From: Nitrospiraceae bacterium UBA665
GTDB taxonomy: Bacteria > Nitrospirota > Thermodesulfovibrionia > Thermodesulfovibrionales > Dissulfurispiraceae
Length of the DNA: 64,000 nt
Reading direction: 5' to 3'
NCBI GenBank assembly: GCA_002299835.1
Contig: DBNT01000114.1
Location: 1,123-65,122, forward strand
The notes beneath the pieces were generated by a model. It was given only the letters and a program-made list of their open reading frames with translations, ran no database searches and had not been told where the DNA came from. The position numbers were made by a program, and so were the translations under genes. Positions 35,353 through 44,423 of this stretch are shown here, piece after piece; the first letter of the stretch is position 1, and every line of letters begins with the position of its first letter.

Positions 35353-35751
35353 ATGTTTAACAAAATAATATTAATTGGCAATCTCACAAAAGACGTTGAC
35401 TTGAGATACACATCGGGAGGGACGCCTGTTGCGACAATGAGAGTTGCTGTAACATCTAAATACAAGCAGGGCGATGAGATGAAGGAAGATGTCCTCTTTA
35501 TTGATGCTGTTGTATTTGGGAAACAGGCTGAAAGTTGCGGACAGTATCTCGCTAAAGGCAACCCCGTGCTTGTGGAAGGCAGACTGCGTGAAAGGAAATG
35601 GGAGCATGAAGGGAATCAGAAGAGTAAGTTTGAGATACTAACGAGTGGCGTTAAGTTTCTCCCCAAAAGGGAATCCCGTCAGGATGCAATGGCTGGCGCT
35701 GGTGATTTAACTCCGCCTGGTGAGGAAATAACGGATATAGAGCCGTTTTAG
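35353..35751 (+). CDS. ssb: single-stranded DNA-binding protein
   Basis: MFNKIILIGNLTKDVDLRYT OB-fold start and an acidic tail ending in DIEPF. Confidence 0.9.
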   Translation: MFNKIILIGNLTKDVDLRYTSGGTPVATMRVAVTSKYKQGDEMKEDVLFIDAVVFGKQAESCGQYLAKGNPVLVEGRLRERKWEHEGNQKSKFEILTSGVKFLPKRESRQDAMAGAGDLTPPGEEITDIEPF

Positions 35752-35772
35752 AACGCATCAATAATTTAACAC

Positions 35773-35810
35773 AAAAGAGGCATCTGGTTTTATGATGGAT
35801 GCCTCTTTTG
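35773..35810 (+). terminator. rho-independent terminator
   Basis: AAAAGAGGCATC...GATGCCTCTTTT. Confidence 0.7.
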
Positions 35811-35843
35811 GCGTCATAAAATAACAGAAAAAGGAGATTTAAA

Positions 35844-35978
35844 ATGTTATGTCCAAAATGCAACTGCCAGTACGATATCTATAACGCAGTTGTAAATGAC
35901 AACACGGGTTACTGGGAGTGCCCAGATGATGGGGAAAACTCACAGACCAAGATGTTAACCCGCACCCGCATGCTGTAA
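35844..35978 (+). CDS. hypothetical 44-aa zinc-ribbon-like protein
   Basis: AAGGAG RBS. CPKCNC...ECPDD. Confidence 0.4.
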   Translation: MLCPKCNCQYDIYNAVVNDNTGYWECPDDGENSQTKMLTRTRML

Positions 35979-35995
35979 CGCTTTCTTATGATGCC

Positions 35996-36235
35996 TTGCT
36001 CCCTGCTTTATTTTCTCATATCAGTCAGAACATTGAGTTTCCCGTGCTTGTAGACTTTATCAAAACAGAGTTTGGCATTGAGCATCTGGAATATCTGGGA
36101 GATGGACTTTTCGAGATGGATGAGAATACCTTTAAGTTTTTCATGAATGTCGACGGCGAAACTATAAGCTATCTCGTTGATTATATTGTTACAGGATGGC
36201 AAGAGATTGAGCAAAAAAAGAAAAATAAACAATAG
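35996..36235 (+). CDS. hypothetical protein, non-ATG start
   Basis: 79-aa ORF with no clear RBS. Confidence 0.3.
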   Translation: MLPALFSHISQNIEFPVLVDFIKTEFGIEHLEYLGDGLFEMDENTFKFFMNVDGETISYLVDYIVTGWQEIEQKKKNKQ

Positions 36236-36244
36236 GAGGTTTAA

Positions 36245-36535
36245 ATGTGGATTGAATTATCATCAGAAGAAGCAGAGATCATTAGAGATGCATTAGAGAA
36301 CTACTCAGGGTTGAATAACAGAACCGACAAAAATCTAGACAATGTTTTCAGTGACATTATCACCCAGATAGACAAGACGCTTGAGGGTGAGGCTACTAAC
36401 GAAGTAATTGATTCGTGGTCTGTTGTTATGACCACAGAGACAGGGAAGCGGATAGAATTTTTCGACTCTCCCGATGGCGCTACAGAACGAATTGATGAGG
36501 CAATAGAAGAACAGTACAAAGTACTATGGGGGTAA
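36245..36535 (+). CDS. hypothetical acidic protein
   Basis: AGGAGG RBS. Confidence 0.55.
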   Translation: MWIELSSEEAEIIRDALENYSGLNNRTDKNLDNVFSDIITQIDKTLEGEATNEVIDSWSVVMTTETGKRIEFFDSPDGATERIDEAIEEQYKVLWG

Positions 36536-36537
36536 CT

Positions 36538-38235
36538 ATGTCAGAAGACGGTGCAGTTTTTCTGCAAAAACTTGCCGATTTGATCAATAAAAAATATGCA
36601 ACTACCGTTGAAACAGTAGACATTAATTACCATATCGGCAAATTGCTTTATGAGCGTTACAACGCTCAAGGGTCTCATAAAATACCAGGCGTCGCAATAG
36701 CTCTCACCAAAAAGAATGCTCCCGTATCATCTGACTTTCTGATGGACGCCTACAGGGTTGCGAACGCTCTTGATGAGAACATGTTTGCTGAACTCAAGAG
36801 GCGCAGGCGCACTCTCTCATGGTTTGAGGTTGTGAGGGAGTGCACATTACCTCCCCTCGGCAATACCAAAGAGGCATGTGATTATTGGGAGAATTATCTC
36901 AAACGCATAGAAGACTCTCATCTTCAGGCGGATTTTGTAGTGAAACATTACGAAAACCTACCTGACAGCGTGAAAGTCCAAGCGGAAGGGCTGTTGATTT
37001 CTCTCGGTTATAACATTAATAGAGAGCGTGTCAGTAAGATACTACACACCGGGGATATCCACTTTGATGACAATGATTTGCTCGGTGATGTCTGTAAAAG
37101 TGCGGCGCATCTACTCAAGAAGGCAAGGGCAGAGTGTCCTGACATTGTAGTGGTATCAGGCGACTTGTTAAATACACGCCTTTCTCATGATTCCCCGGCG
37201 CTGAAACATGCCGTAGAATTTGTAATAGATCTCGGTTCTATATCGCCTGTGTTCCTGCTAATAGGGACATTCTCACATGACGGCGCAAGTATAGAGATAT
37301 TTAAAAATCTTAATACTGTGCATGAAGTATATGTCTCTGAAAAAATCGAGATGGTAGGGTTTAAAAACGGTCGTTTTGCTCCTATTGCAGAATATGTAAA
37401 AGGTCTTGACGCCATTATTTATGCCCTGCCTCCCGTCTCAAAGGCTAATATCCTTGCTAACTTTGACGATGACAGGCAGAATGCCAACGCCAATGTTTCA
37501 GATCTCTTAAGGGATATTTTTCAGATGTGGGGACTTGTGAGCGCACAGGCTAAGGCAGACGGCGTTATGACTATTATTTCTGCTCACGGCACGTTGACGG
37601 GTTCTGTTACGAGCACAGGGCAGAGGATGGTAGGCAAGGATATTGAGTTCGGCTACGGTGATATCCAGATGGCTGGCGCTGATGTAGGCTGCTTGTCTCA
37701 TATCCATAAAGCTCAGCAATACGGTAGTATGTTTTACTCGGGTTCTATCGCTAAACTCAATGCTGGTGAGGTCGAGGATAAAGGCTTCTGGATTCATGAG
37801 ATGACCGAAGCGGGATTAAAGTCTGGATTTATGGTTATCCCGACAAGAGACATCATAAGGAAAGACTTTGAAGGTCTGCCCGGGATTGATGATCTTCCCG
37901 AAGTCACTAAGGATGCGCTGGTGCGGATAACTTATAGGGTAGGCGAAGAGGATGTCCATGTGATTAACGAGCAGGAAATAAAGGACAAAATATTAGCGCT
38001 CGGGGCATCTGAGGTGAGAATCGAAAGATCTATTGTCCCTAAGCAGGAAGTTAGGGCAGCTGGAATCAGCGGTCTTTCGACTTTAGCCGATAAATTTAGG
38101 AAGAGCTGTGAGATAGTAGGCGTTGAAGTGACAGAATCTTTGGAGCAGAAGATAGAGACGCTGCAGAGACCGCTTGATATGGTTTGTGTGGAGTTGGGGA
38201 TTGAGCCGCCAAAAAAGAAGGTTAAGCTTTTTTGA
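36538..38235 (+). CDS. SbcD/Mre11-type metallophosphoesterase nuclease with a ~170-aa N-terminal extension
   Basis: HTGDIHFD, VVVSGDLLN, SAHGTLTGS and CLSHIH calcineurin-like motifs. Confidence 0.7.
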   Translation: MSEDGAVFLQKLADLINKKYATTVETVDINYHIGKLLYERYNAQGSHKIPGVAIALTKKNAPVSSDFLMDAYRVANALDENMFAELKRRRRTLSWFEVVRECTLPPLGNTKEACDYWENYLKRIEDSHLQADFVVKHYENLPDSVKVQAEGLLISLGYNINRERVSKILHTGDIHFDDNDLLGDVCKSAAHLLKKARAECPDIVVVSGDLLNTRLSHDSPALKHAVEFVIDLGSISPVFLLIGTFSHDGASIEIFKNLNTVHEVYVSEKIEMVGFKNGRFAPIAEYVKGLDAIIYALPPVSKANILANFDDDRQNANANVSDLLRDIFQMWGLVSAQAKADGVMTIISAHGTLTGSVTSTGQRMVGKDIEFGYGDIQMAGADVGCLSHIHKAQQYGSMFYSGSIAKLNAGEVEDKGFWIHEMTEAGLKSGFMVIPTRDIIRKDFEGLPGIDDLPEVTKDALVRITYRVGEEDVHVINEQEIKDKILALGASEVRIERSIVPKQEVRAAGISGLSTLADKFRKSCEIVGVEVTESLEQKIETLQRPLDMVCVELGIEPPKKKVKLF

Positions 38236-38247
38236 TATTACCAATAC

Positions 38248-38284
38248 AATAGGATACCTCGATTTATCAGCGAGGTATCCTATT
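38248..38284 (+). terminator. perfect 14-bp hairpin: terminator or processing site
   Basis: AATAGGATACCTCG-N9-CGAGGTATCCTATT. Confidence 0.5.
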
Positions 38285-38305
38285 AATTTATCAGGAGGAT
38301 TAATT

Positions 38306-38677
38306 ATGAGCTATTATATTCATAGTACACCTGGCAGATTAAGGATTAGAAGTCCTATAATCAAAAACAACAAAACTGCAGCAGATGAATTAAAGAAAAG
38401 TCTCAGCGCGCTCTATGGGATCGGCACTGTGGATATAAACCTTATCACCGGCAGCATTCTTGTAAATTATAATTTTAAGATGGTTAAACACACTGATATC
38501 GTGGACATCCTGCAAAGAAAGGGTTACTTTGATGCATCAAAGGCTCTAACGAATGATGAATATATACATAAGGCTGTATCTAATGCAGGCGATATGCTTG
38601 GCAAATCCATCTTTGGCGCTTTTTTAGGAATGGCATTGAAAGATACGCCTCTGTCATTTCTGGCTATCTTAATATAA
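38306..38677 (+). CDS. HMA-like (heavy-metal-associated fold) domain protein
   Basis: AGGAGG RBS. STPGRLRIRSP...GSILVNY pattern. C-terminal hydrophobic segment. Confidence 0.45.
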   Translation: MSYYIHSTPGRLRIRSPIIKNNKTAADELKKSLSALYGIGTVDINLITGSILVNYNFKMVKHTDIVDILQRKGYFDASKALTNDEYIHKAVSNAGDMLGKSIFGAFLGMALKDTPLSFLAILI

Positions 38678-38696
38678 AAAAGAAAGGAGGCTTACT

Positions 38697-39284
38697 ATGA
38701 GCTATGGAATGGTTGACTGTTGCAGAAAAAATCAAAAAAAGCCCGACAAAAAAAATGAGATAATTGCAACTATCATAATAGTTTTAATTTTATTATTGTT
38801 GTCTGCAAAAACTTGCATGGCAATGGCAACACAGACAATACAGGGCAAAGTTATGCAAGTCAAAGACGGAGATACTGTTACTGTCGGTCCTATAGAAGGC
38901 GGTCAGCTATTTATCTGCCGTTTGTATGGCATTGACGCTCCTGAAACTGCAAGACGTGGAAGGGCTGGACAGCCTTACGGAGATGATGCGACAAAGAAAT
39001 TAAAACGGCTTGTTCTTGGACAATCAGTCAATGTCCAGTTAAAAGGCAGAAAAACACACGGTCGCGAAGTCTGTATTATCAGAAAAAATGGAACAGATAT
39101 CAACCGTGAGATGATTCGTTCTGGTTATGCATGGGCGTATCGGAAATTCCTTGAAAGACCTTATGCATCAGAATATATCTCTGCGGAAGACGATGCAAGG
39201 GCAAACCGCAGAGGGCTTTGGCAGCAAAATAACCCTACTCCGCCTTGGGAATGGAGAAGGGCAAACAGGAGCATCGGGCTTTGA
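38697..39284 (+). CDS. thermonuclease (staphylococcal nuclease-like), membrane-anchored or secreted
   Basis: N-terminal TM segment. VKDGDTV, LYGIDAPE, GREV..I and RRGLW SNase motifs. Confidence 0.8.
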   Translation: MSYGMVDCCRKNQKKPDKKNEIIATIIIVLILLLLSAKTCMAMATQTIQGKVMQVKDGDTVTVGPIEGGQLFICRLYGIDAPETARRGRAGQPYGDDATKKLKRLVLGQSVNVQLKGRKTHGREVCIIRKNGTDINREMIRSGYAWAYRKFLERPYASEYISAEDDARANRRGLWQQNNPTPPWEWRRANRSIGL

Positions 39285-39291
39285 GATTCAC

Positions 39292-39340
39292 AGGCGTCCG
39301 TTTAGCATATGGTGTAGATAAGAAGTCATGGGATTTCCGC
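39292..39340. repeat. duplicate of the 5' coding segment of the sbcC-like gene
   Basis: 45 of 49 nt identical to 42016..42064 (AGGCGTCCGTT.AGCATATGGTGTAGA.AAGAAGTCATGGGATTT). Confidence 0.7.
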
Positions 39341-39395
39341 AGTAACGGCTTGACAATCCCTCTTCTTTGTGGGAATCTATGAGTGAGGTGAGAAA

Positions 39396-40187
39396 ATGAG
39401 CAAAGCAAATATGGAAATTTATGATCCGTGTAAAATAGAAGAAAATGTTAGAAATTTAAAAGACGAGTTTAATAAGTCGAAGTTATCTCCCTTTGATTTT
39501 TTTAAAGTTCAATATAAGAATTGTTTCAACAAGAAAGAAAAACAGCAGTTAAAACAATTTTGTAAAAGTATCAAGTATCCAGTATTTTATAAATTAATAT
39601 GCGACGATACTGCAAACTATAAGAACTTCCTTCAACCAGAAACGGTTGATTGGATTATCACAGATCCGCCTTATTCAAAAAAATATTTGCATTTATATAA
39701 AACATTGGGAGATCTTGGCGATTATGCATTAAAACCAGATGGTGTAGTAATTGTTATGGTGGGACAAAGTTATTTGCCTCAAGTTATAAATTTATTATCT
39801 GAAAGTCTCAACTATGTATGGACTATGTCATACTTGACCCCTGGCGGGCAATCGCCTTTTTTGTGGCAAATAAAATGCAATACATTTTGGAAGCCACTTT
39901 TGATATTTGCTAAAAATAAATATACAGGCGCAAGCTTTGGAGATGTTATCAAAACAAGCCCGAATAATAATGATAAAAATTATCATTATTGGGGACAGTC
40001 AGTAGAAGGATTCGATCTGATTATGAAAAAGTTTGTTTTTTCCGGACAGACTGTATTAGACCCTTTTGTAGGCGGCGGAGCTTCTGCTGTAGCCGCCTTA
40101 ACAAATAATTGTTCATTTATTGGTGTAGATATAAGTCAAGAATTTATAAACAAGACAGAAGAAAGGATAAAGCAGATAAGAGAATGA
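39396..40187 (+). CDS. beta-class DNA methyltransferase, N6-adenine or N4-cytosine
   Basis: Motif IV ITDPPYS precedes motif I VLDPFVGGGAS. The gene is markedly AT-rich. Confidence 0.8.
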   Translation: MSKANMEIYDPCKIEENVRNLKDEFNKSKLSPFDFFKVQYKNCFNKKEKQQLKQFCKSIKYPVFYKLICDDTANYKNFLQPETVDWIITDPPYSKKYLHLYKTLGDLGDYALKPDGVVIVMVGQSYLPQVINLLSESLNYVWTMSYLTPGGQSPFLWQIKCNTFWKPLLIFAKNKYTGASFGDVIKTSPNNNDKNYHYWGQSVEGFDLIMKKFVFSGQTVLDPFVGGGASAVAALTNNCSFIGVDISQEFINKTEERIKQIRE

Positions 40188-40657
40188 GCATTTTTGATTA
40201 TAGAAAAACAAGAAAAGAAAGAACAGGTTGGAGAGATGAGACAATTAGCAAGAGACATAGAGAGTGGGGATTTAATTGTCCTGCGATAGATATTGATTTT
40301 CTTATGATTGAATATAACCAAGGCATTCCCATGGCAATCATTGATTATAAACGATATACTGGAACTATAGAAAATATTCATCCTAAAAGCATTCAAGCAA
40401 TAACATTTTTGGCAAACAAGTCTAATATTTCTTTTTTTATTGTTTATTATTGGGATGATGTATGGGCATTTCAAGTTTTTCCAATTAATGAAATTGCTAA
40501 AGAAAAAATAAAGTTATTGAAAAGCAGCTTGCTGTCTGAACAAGAATTTGTTGCCTTTTTGTATCAGATAAGAGAAATACAGTTAACTAATCAAGAAAAA
40601 GAGCTAATAAAGAAATTGCATATCGTAAAACCAAAGCTGCAAGGCTCGATACAGTAA
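40184..40657 (+). CDS. hypothetical protein, possible PD-(D/E)xK nuclease fold
   Basis: ATGA-coupled to the methyltransferase. AIDIDFLMIEY...AIIDYKR. Confidence 0.4.
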   Translation: MSIFDYRKTRKERTGWRDETISKRHREWGFNCPAIDIDFLMIEYNQGIPMAIIDYKRYTGTIENIHPKSIQAITFLANKSNISFFIVYYWDDVWAFQVFPINEIAKEKIKLLKSSLLSEQEFVAFLYQIREIQLTNQEKELIKKLHIVKPKLQGSIQ

Positions 40658-40658
40658 T

Positions 40659-40771
40659 GTGCGACAAGAAGTATCAGTAGCCGAGTGAGTAGCAATGCTC
40701 ATAGCCAACCTATCGGCTATTCCCAATATCTTCAGTGCAGAATTGGCAACGGTTCTGTGCTAATCGAAGGT
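40659..40771 (+). pseudogene. 5' stub (~113 nt) of the RT-type group II intron
   Basis: GTGCGACAAGAAGT...CATAGCCAACCTATCGGCTATTCCC...GGTTCTGTGC aligns with 46984..47097. Homology stops at CGAAGGT. Confidence 0.7.
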
Positions 40772-40860
40772 CATTGTCCTAAATATTTTGTGATGGAAAG
40801 CACCGTAAAACATGCCGTTGACCCGTTTGGTCGGCGGAACATTCATGAGGAGTTACAATA

Positions 40861-41784
40861 GTGAGGAACATTTTTGATGATGTGCTATGCAAAATAAATG
40901 AGTTTAGGACGCCTTGCTGTATTGGACTTGATCCCGATCTCAAGTATATACCAGACTCACTTAAAGGAATCGCGTTAGCTAATCACGGTAACACAAGAAA
41001 GGGCGTTGCGTCTGCCTTCTTTGAGTTTAATAAAGCCATCATTGATGCTACGGCTGATATAGTAGGTATTTACAAGCCTCAGATGGCTTTTTATGAAAAA
41101 TACGGACCTGATGGGATACAGGCTTTCATGGATACAGTGAGCTACCTCAAGAGAAAAGGCAAGATTGTAATTGAAGATGCAAAAAGAAATGACGTCGGCA
41201 ATACAGCCGCTGCATATGCAGACTCTCATTTGGGTGTAGTTGATTTATTCACAACAGCCGAACCCGTATACAATGTTGATCTTCTTACAGTCAATGGATA
41301 CCTTGGGTCGGACGGTATTAAACCCTTTGTCGAGTCAGCCCAGAAACACTCAAAGGGATTATTTGTTCTTTCGAAAACATCAAACCCATCATCAGTTGAA
41401 TTTCAGGATATTGCTCACGGGGAATACGGTATTAACTATATGCTAATGATGGATTTAATAAGAAAATGCGCGGCTGAAACTAAAGGAGCATCGGGATACA
41501 TGGTTGCTGGCGCTGTCGTAGGTACGACTTTTCCATCAGATGCGTCCGTAATCAGAAAAAAATTCCCGGATTGTTTCTTCCTCGTCCCCGGATTTGGTGC
41601 TCAAGGCGGAAAGGCTGACGACGTTGCCTCTTGTTTTAACAGTAACGGCGAAGGCGCAATAATCAGTTCTTCAAGGCAAATCACTTATGCTTATCTTCAG
41701 GCAGGATACACCGTATATGATTTTGCAGAGGCCGCCAGAAATGCAGCCATACAAATGGTAAAAGAGATTTCAGCGGTTTTGTGA
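40861..41784 (+). CDS. pyrF: orotidine 5'-phosphate decarboxylase, type 2
   Basis: CIGLDPD, EDAKRNDVGNT and VPGFGAQGG motifs. GTG start after GAGGAG. Confidence 0.8.
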   Translation: MRNIFDDVLCKINEFRTPCCIGLDPDLKYIPDSLKGIALANHGNTRKGVASAFFEFNKAIIDATADIVGIYKPQMAFYEKYGPDGIQAFMDTVSYLKRKGKIVIEDAKRNDVGNTAAAYADSHLGVVDLFTTAEPVYNVDLLTVNGYLGSDGIKPFVESAQKHSKGLFVLSKTSNPSSVEFQDIAHGEYGINYMLMMDLIRKCAAETKGASGYMVAGAVVGTTFPSDASVIRKKFPDCFFLVPGFGAQGGKADDVASCFNSNGEGAIISSSRQITYAYLQAGYTVYDFAEAARNAAIQMVKEISAVL

Positions 41785-41980
41785 GTTGCTTGTGGGTGAC
41801 AATAGGGCAGATGCATTGGCAGAAGATGAGCATAAGCAAGATAGCAGAAGCGATTGGCAGGCACAAAAGCTCGGCATATGGCTTAAAAAGTTGAAAAGTT
41901 AATAACTAATGTCATATGTCAGTAAGGCTCACGTCTATTTCTCCTATTGGTGTGAGTCTTTTTTTTAAGGAGGTTTTTAA

Positions 41981-44338
41981 ATGTTACCTTTAATATTAGA
42001 ATTGACCGGATTTAAAGGCGTCCGTTCAGCATATGGTGTAGAGAAGAAGTCATGGGATTTTCGTGACATCCCAGATGGGCGCATTGCTTTTGTAGGACCT
42101 AATGGGAGCGCAAAGTCCACAGTGCTTCAAAATTTACACCCTTACCTTTTAATGCCCGACAAGGTAAAGTCATATTCGCCAAAAGCGTTCAGCTACTACA
42201 ATGAATGTTACGGCAACGACGCTTGTAAAGACCTTACATGGCTTCACTATGACGGCAGGGTTTTCCGCAGTCTTGTGGAAATAGACGCCGCTCGCAGGAA
42301 AACAAAAGCGTATCTATATTTAAAGAACGGCAATGCATGGGAAGTCTTTGGCAATACACAAGACGGCAATGTAGAAGTCTATAATCAGGCTATAGAAGAC
42401 CTGCTTGGGAGCCCGAGGATGTTTTTCACCTATGTTTTCCGCAGTCAGCGGGCAAGGAGGCTCAGTGGCTACACAAAAGGAGAGATGGAAACACTGCTTA
42501 CAGAACTTCTTGATATAAGCGATCTTAAAGAGAAGGCGTGGGAGGCGGGTTATATTGAAGACGCACTCATAGCAAAAAAAGACGCTATGCTTACGGAATC
42601 GTCTACTTTGACGGCTATAGCATCTAAAGAAGACGAAAAGAAGACCGAAAAAGAAGCTGCCGAGAAAAGAGCCGTTGAGCTATTTACTGATATACAGAGG
42701 CTGGGGGAGCAGGCAAAAACAGAGGATTCATCTCTTAAGGACATTGAAGTTAAAATATCCCTTCAGGAAGAAGCTCTAAGGGGCAAACGGAAAATAGAAG
42801 TAGAAATAGCCGACAAAGAGAAGGTTCTTAATGAACTTAAGTCCTCTTTGCAGACAAAGAAAGACATCTACAATAGCAAATATAAGACGGCAAAACTTAA
42901 CGAACAGGCGGCGCAGGACCTTATCAAAAAATCGCCTGAACTTAGGAAAACTGCCGTTGACAGGCAGAAAATCGCAGCGGAAGCGGACGGAGTGAAAAAG
43001 ATTGTCGAAAAAGAGGATGTTGAATTAACCTCTTTTAACGAAAAACTGAATGCCATTTCATCCATTGAGGCTCAAATAAAAGAAAAAGAAAAGTCGGTTC
43101 AGAAGATTCGCCTTGACCGAAAAAACAAAGTTGATGTCCTTAAAGCCGAGATTAAAAATGCAGAATCTAAGATTACCTTACTGTCTGAAATCCCCTGCGG
43201 GAATTCCCCTGAGGCTGCTTTATGTAAGTTTCCTCAGGACGCTTTGAAAGCAAAAGAGAAACTACCTGCTTTACAGGACAGTCTTAAAAAAGCAGAAATG
43301 CCCGACCCTAAAGAATCTGAGATTGAATCTGAAATAGAGACTTTTAAAAAGGAGACTGCCTTAAAAGGCGAGGTAGAATCAAAGATTAAGGCATTAAAAG
43401 AGAGCAAGGGAATTTTATCTAAAAAACTTTCCGGGCTTGAAGATAATATGCGCAAGGCTGATGAGGCTCTTAAGCATCTCCCTCTTGTCGAGGATGCCGA
43501 AAAGAAGATAGATGCACTTACTAAAGAAGTTGCCGATATCCTTTCAGAAGGCAAGGCGGTTGTGAAGGAGGTAGAAAATCAGATTGTCAGAGCAGAGGCT
43601 GAAATTAAGGCTTTAAGGGAGCAGTTGATTACATTAACGGAGGATAAAACGCTTTTAAATCAGAAACAGACTATTGAAAACAGAATAATTTCTATTAAGA
43701 AGTCTGTTGATGATAAGAGGCGTGAAGAATCCGCAGTGCAGGTTTCTCTTGGCGCAATAGCCGAGTCCTTAAAACAAATAGAGGAAGCGAAATCGAAACT
43801 GTCCCATGTGAACTCTCATGTGCAAGCATTGAATACTGAAATCCGGGAGTGGAAAATCGTGGCGGACAGAATAGAAGGGATAATTCCTCTTGAAATTGAT
43901 GATGCGGGTCCTGCTATAAGCGCTATTACAAATGACCTACTATTAAACTGCTACGGACCTCGCTTTACAGTAAAAGTAAGCACTCAAGACTTTACCGCCG
44001 ACGGCAAAAACATGAAGGACGATTACGATATTATCGTCTATGATGCAGAGCGTGGAGAGTCAAAGTCATTGACTGACTGCTCGGGCGGCGAGGAGATATG
44101 GATTGAAGATGCGCTCACCAAAGCGACATGCCTCTTTAAGACCAGCAGGTCAGGCAAGCAATACCTTGCACTGTTCAGCGATGAGAAGGACGGCGCCCTT
44201 CATGAGTCCAAGAAGTTAGAGTATATGGACATGAAGCGCCGTGTATTAGAACTCGGAGGCTTTAAAAAGGAGTTTTTTATCTCTCATTCGGAGGCTGTGC
44301 AGAGCAGGGCGGATCATATGGTTAAATTTGGTGGTTGA
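41981..44338 (+). CDS. SbcC/Rad50-type SMC-like ATPase
   Basis: Walker A GPNGSAKST. Long Lys/Glu coiled coil. Signature CSGGE. Walker B LFSDEKDG. Confidence 0.8.
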   Translation: MLPLILELTGFKGVRSAYGVEKKSWDFRDIPDGRIAFVGPNGSAKSTVLQNLHPYLLMPDKVKSYSPKAFSYYNECYGNDACKDLTWLHYDGRVFRSLVEIDAARRKTKAYLYLKNGNAWEVFGNTQDGNVEVYNQAIEDLLGSPRMFFTYVFRSQRARRLSGYTKGEMETLLTELLDISDLKEKAWEAGYIEDALIAKKDAMLTESSTLTAIASKEDEKKTEKEAAEKRAVELFTDIQRLGEQAKTEDSSLKDIEVKISLQEEALRGKRKIEVEIADKEKVLNELKSSLQTKKDIYNSKYKTAKLNEQAAQDLIKKSPELRKTAVDRQKIAAEADGVKKIVEKEDVELTSFNEKLNAISSIEAQIKEKEKSVQKIRLDRKNKVDVLKAEIKNAESKITLLSEIPCGNSPEAALCKFPQDALKAKEKLPALQDSLKKAEMPDPKESEIESEIETFKKETALKGEVESKIKALKESKGILSKKLSGLEDNMRKADEALKHLPLVEDAEKKIDALTKEVADILSEGKAVVKEVENQIVRAEAEIKALREQLITLTEDKTLLNQKQTIENRIISIKKSVDDKRREESAVQVSLGAIAESLKQIEEAKSKLSHVNSHVQALNTEIREWKIVADRIEGIIPLEIDDAGPAISAITNDLLLNCYGPRFTVKVSTQDFTADGKNMKDDYDIIVYDAERGESKSLTDCSGGEEIWIEDALTKATCLFKTSRSGKQYLALFSDEKDGALHESKKLEYMDMKRRVLELGGFKKEFFISHSEAVQSRADHMVKFGG

Positions 44339-44423
44339 CCAGATAATTAAGTATTAATTTTAGAGGCGTCGGCGAGATTTTTACTCACGGCGCCTTTTTT
44401 GTTTTTCTGCACGGAGGGACTAT

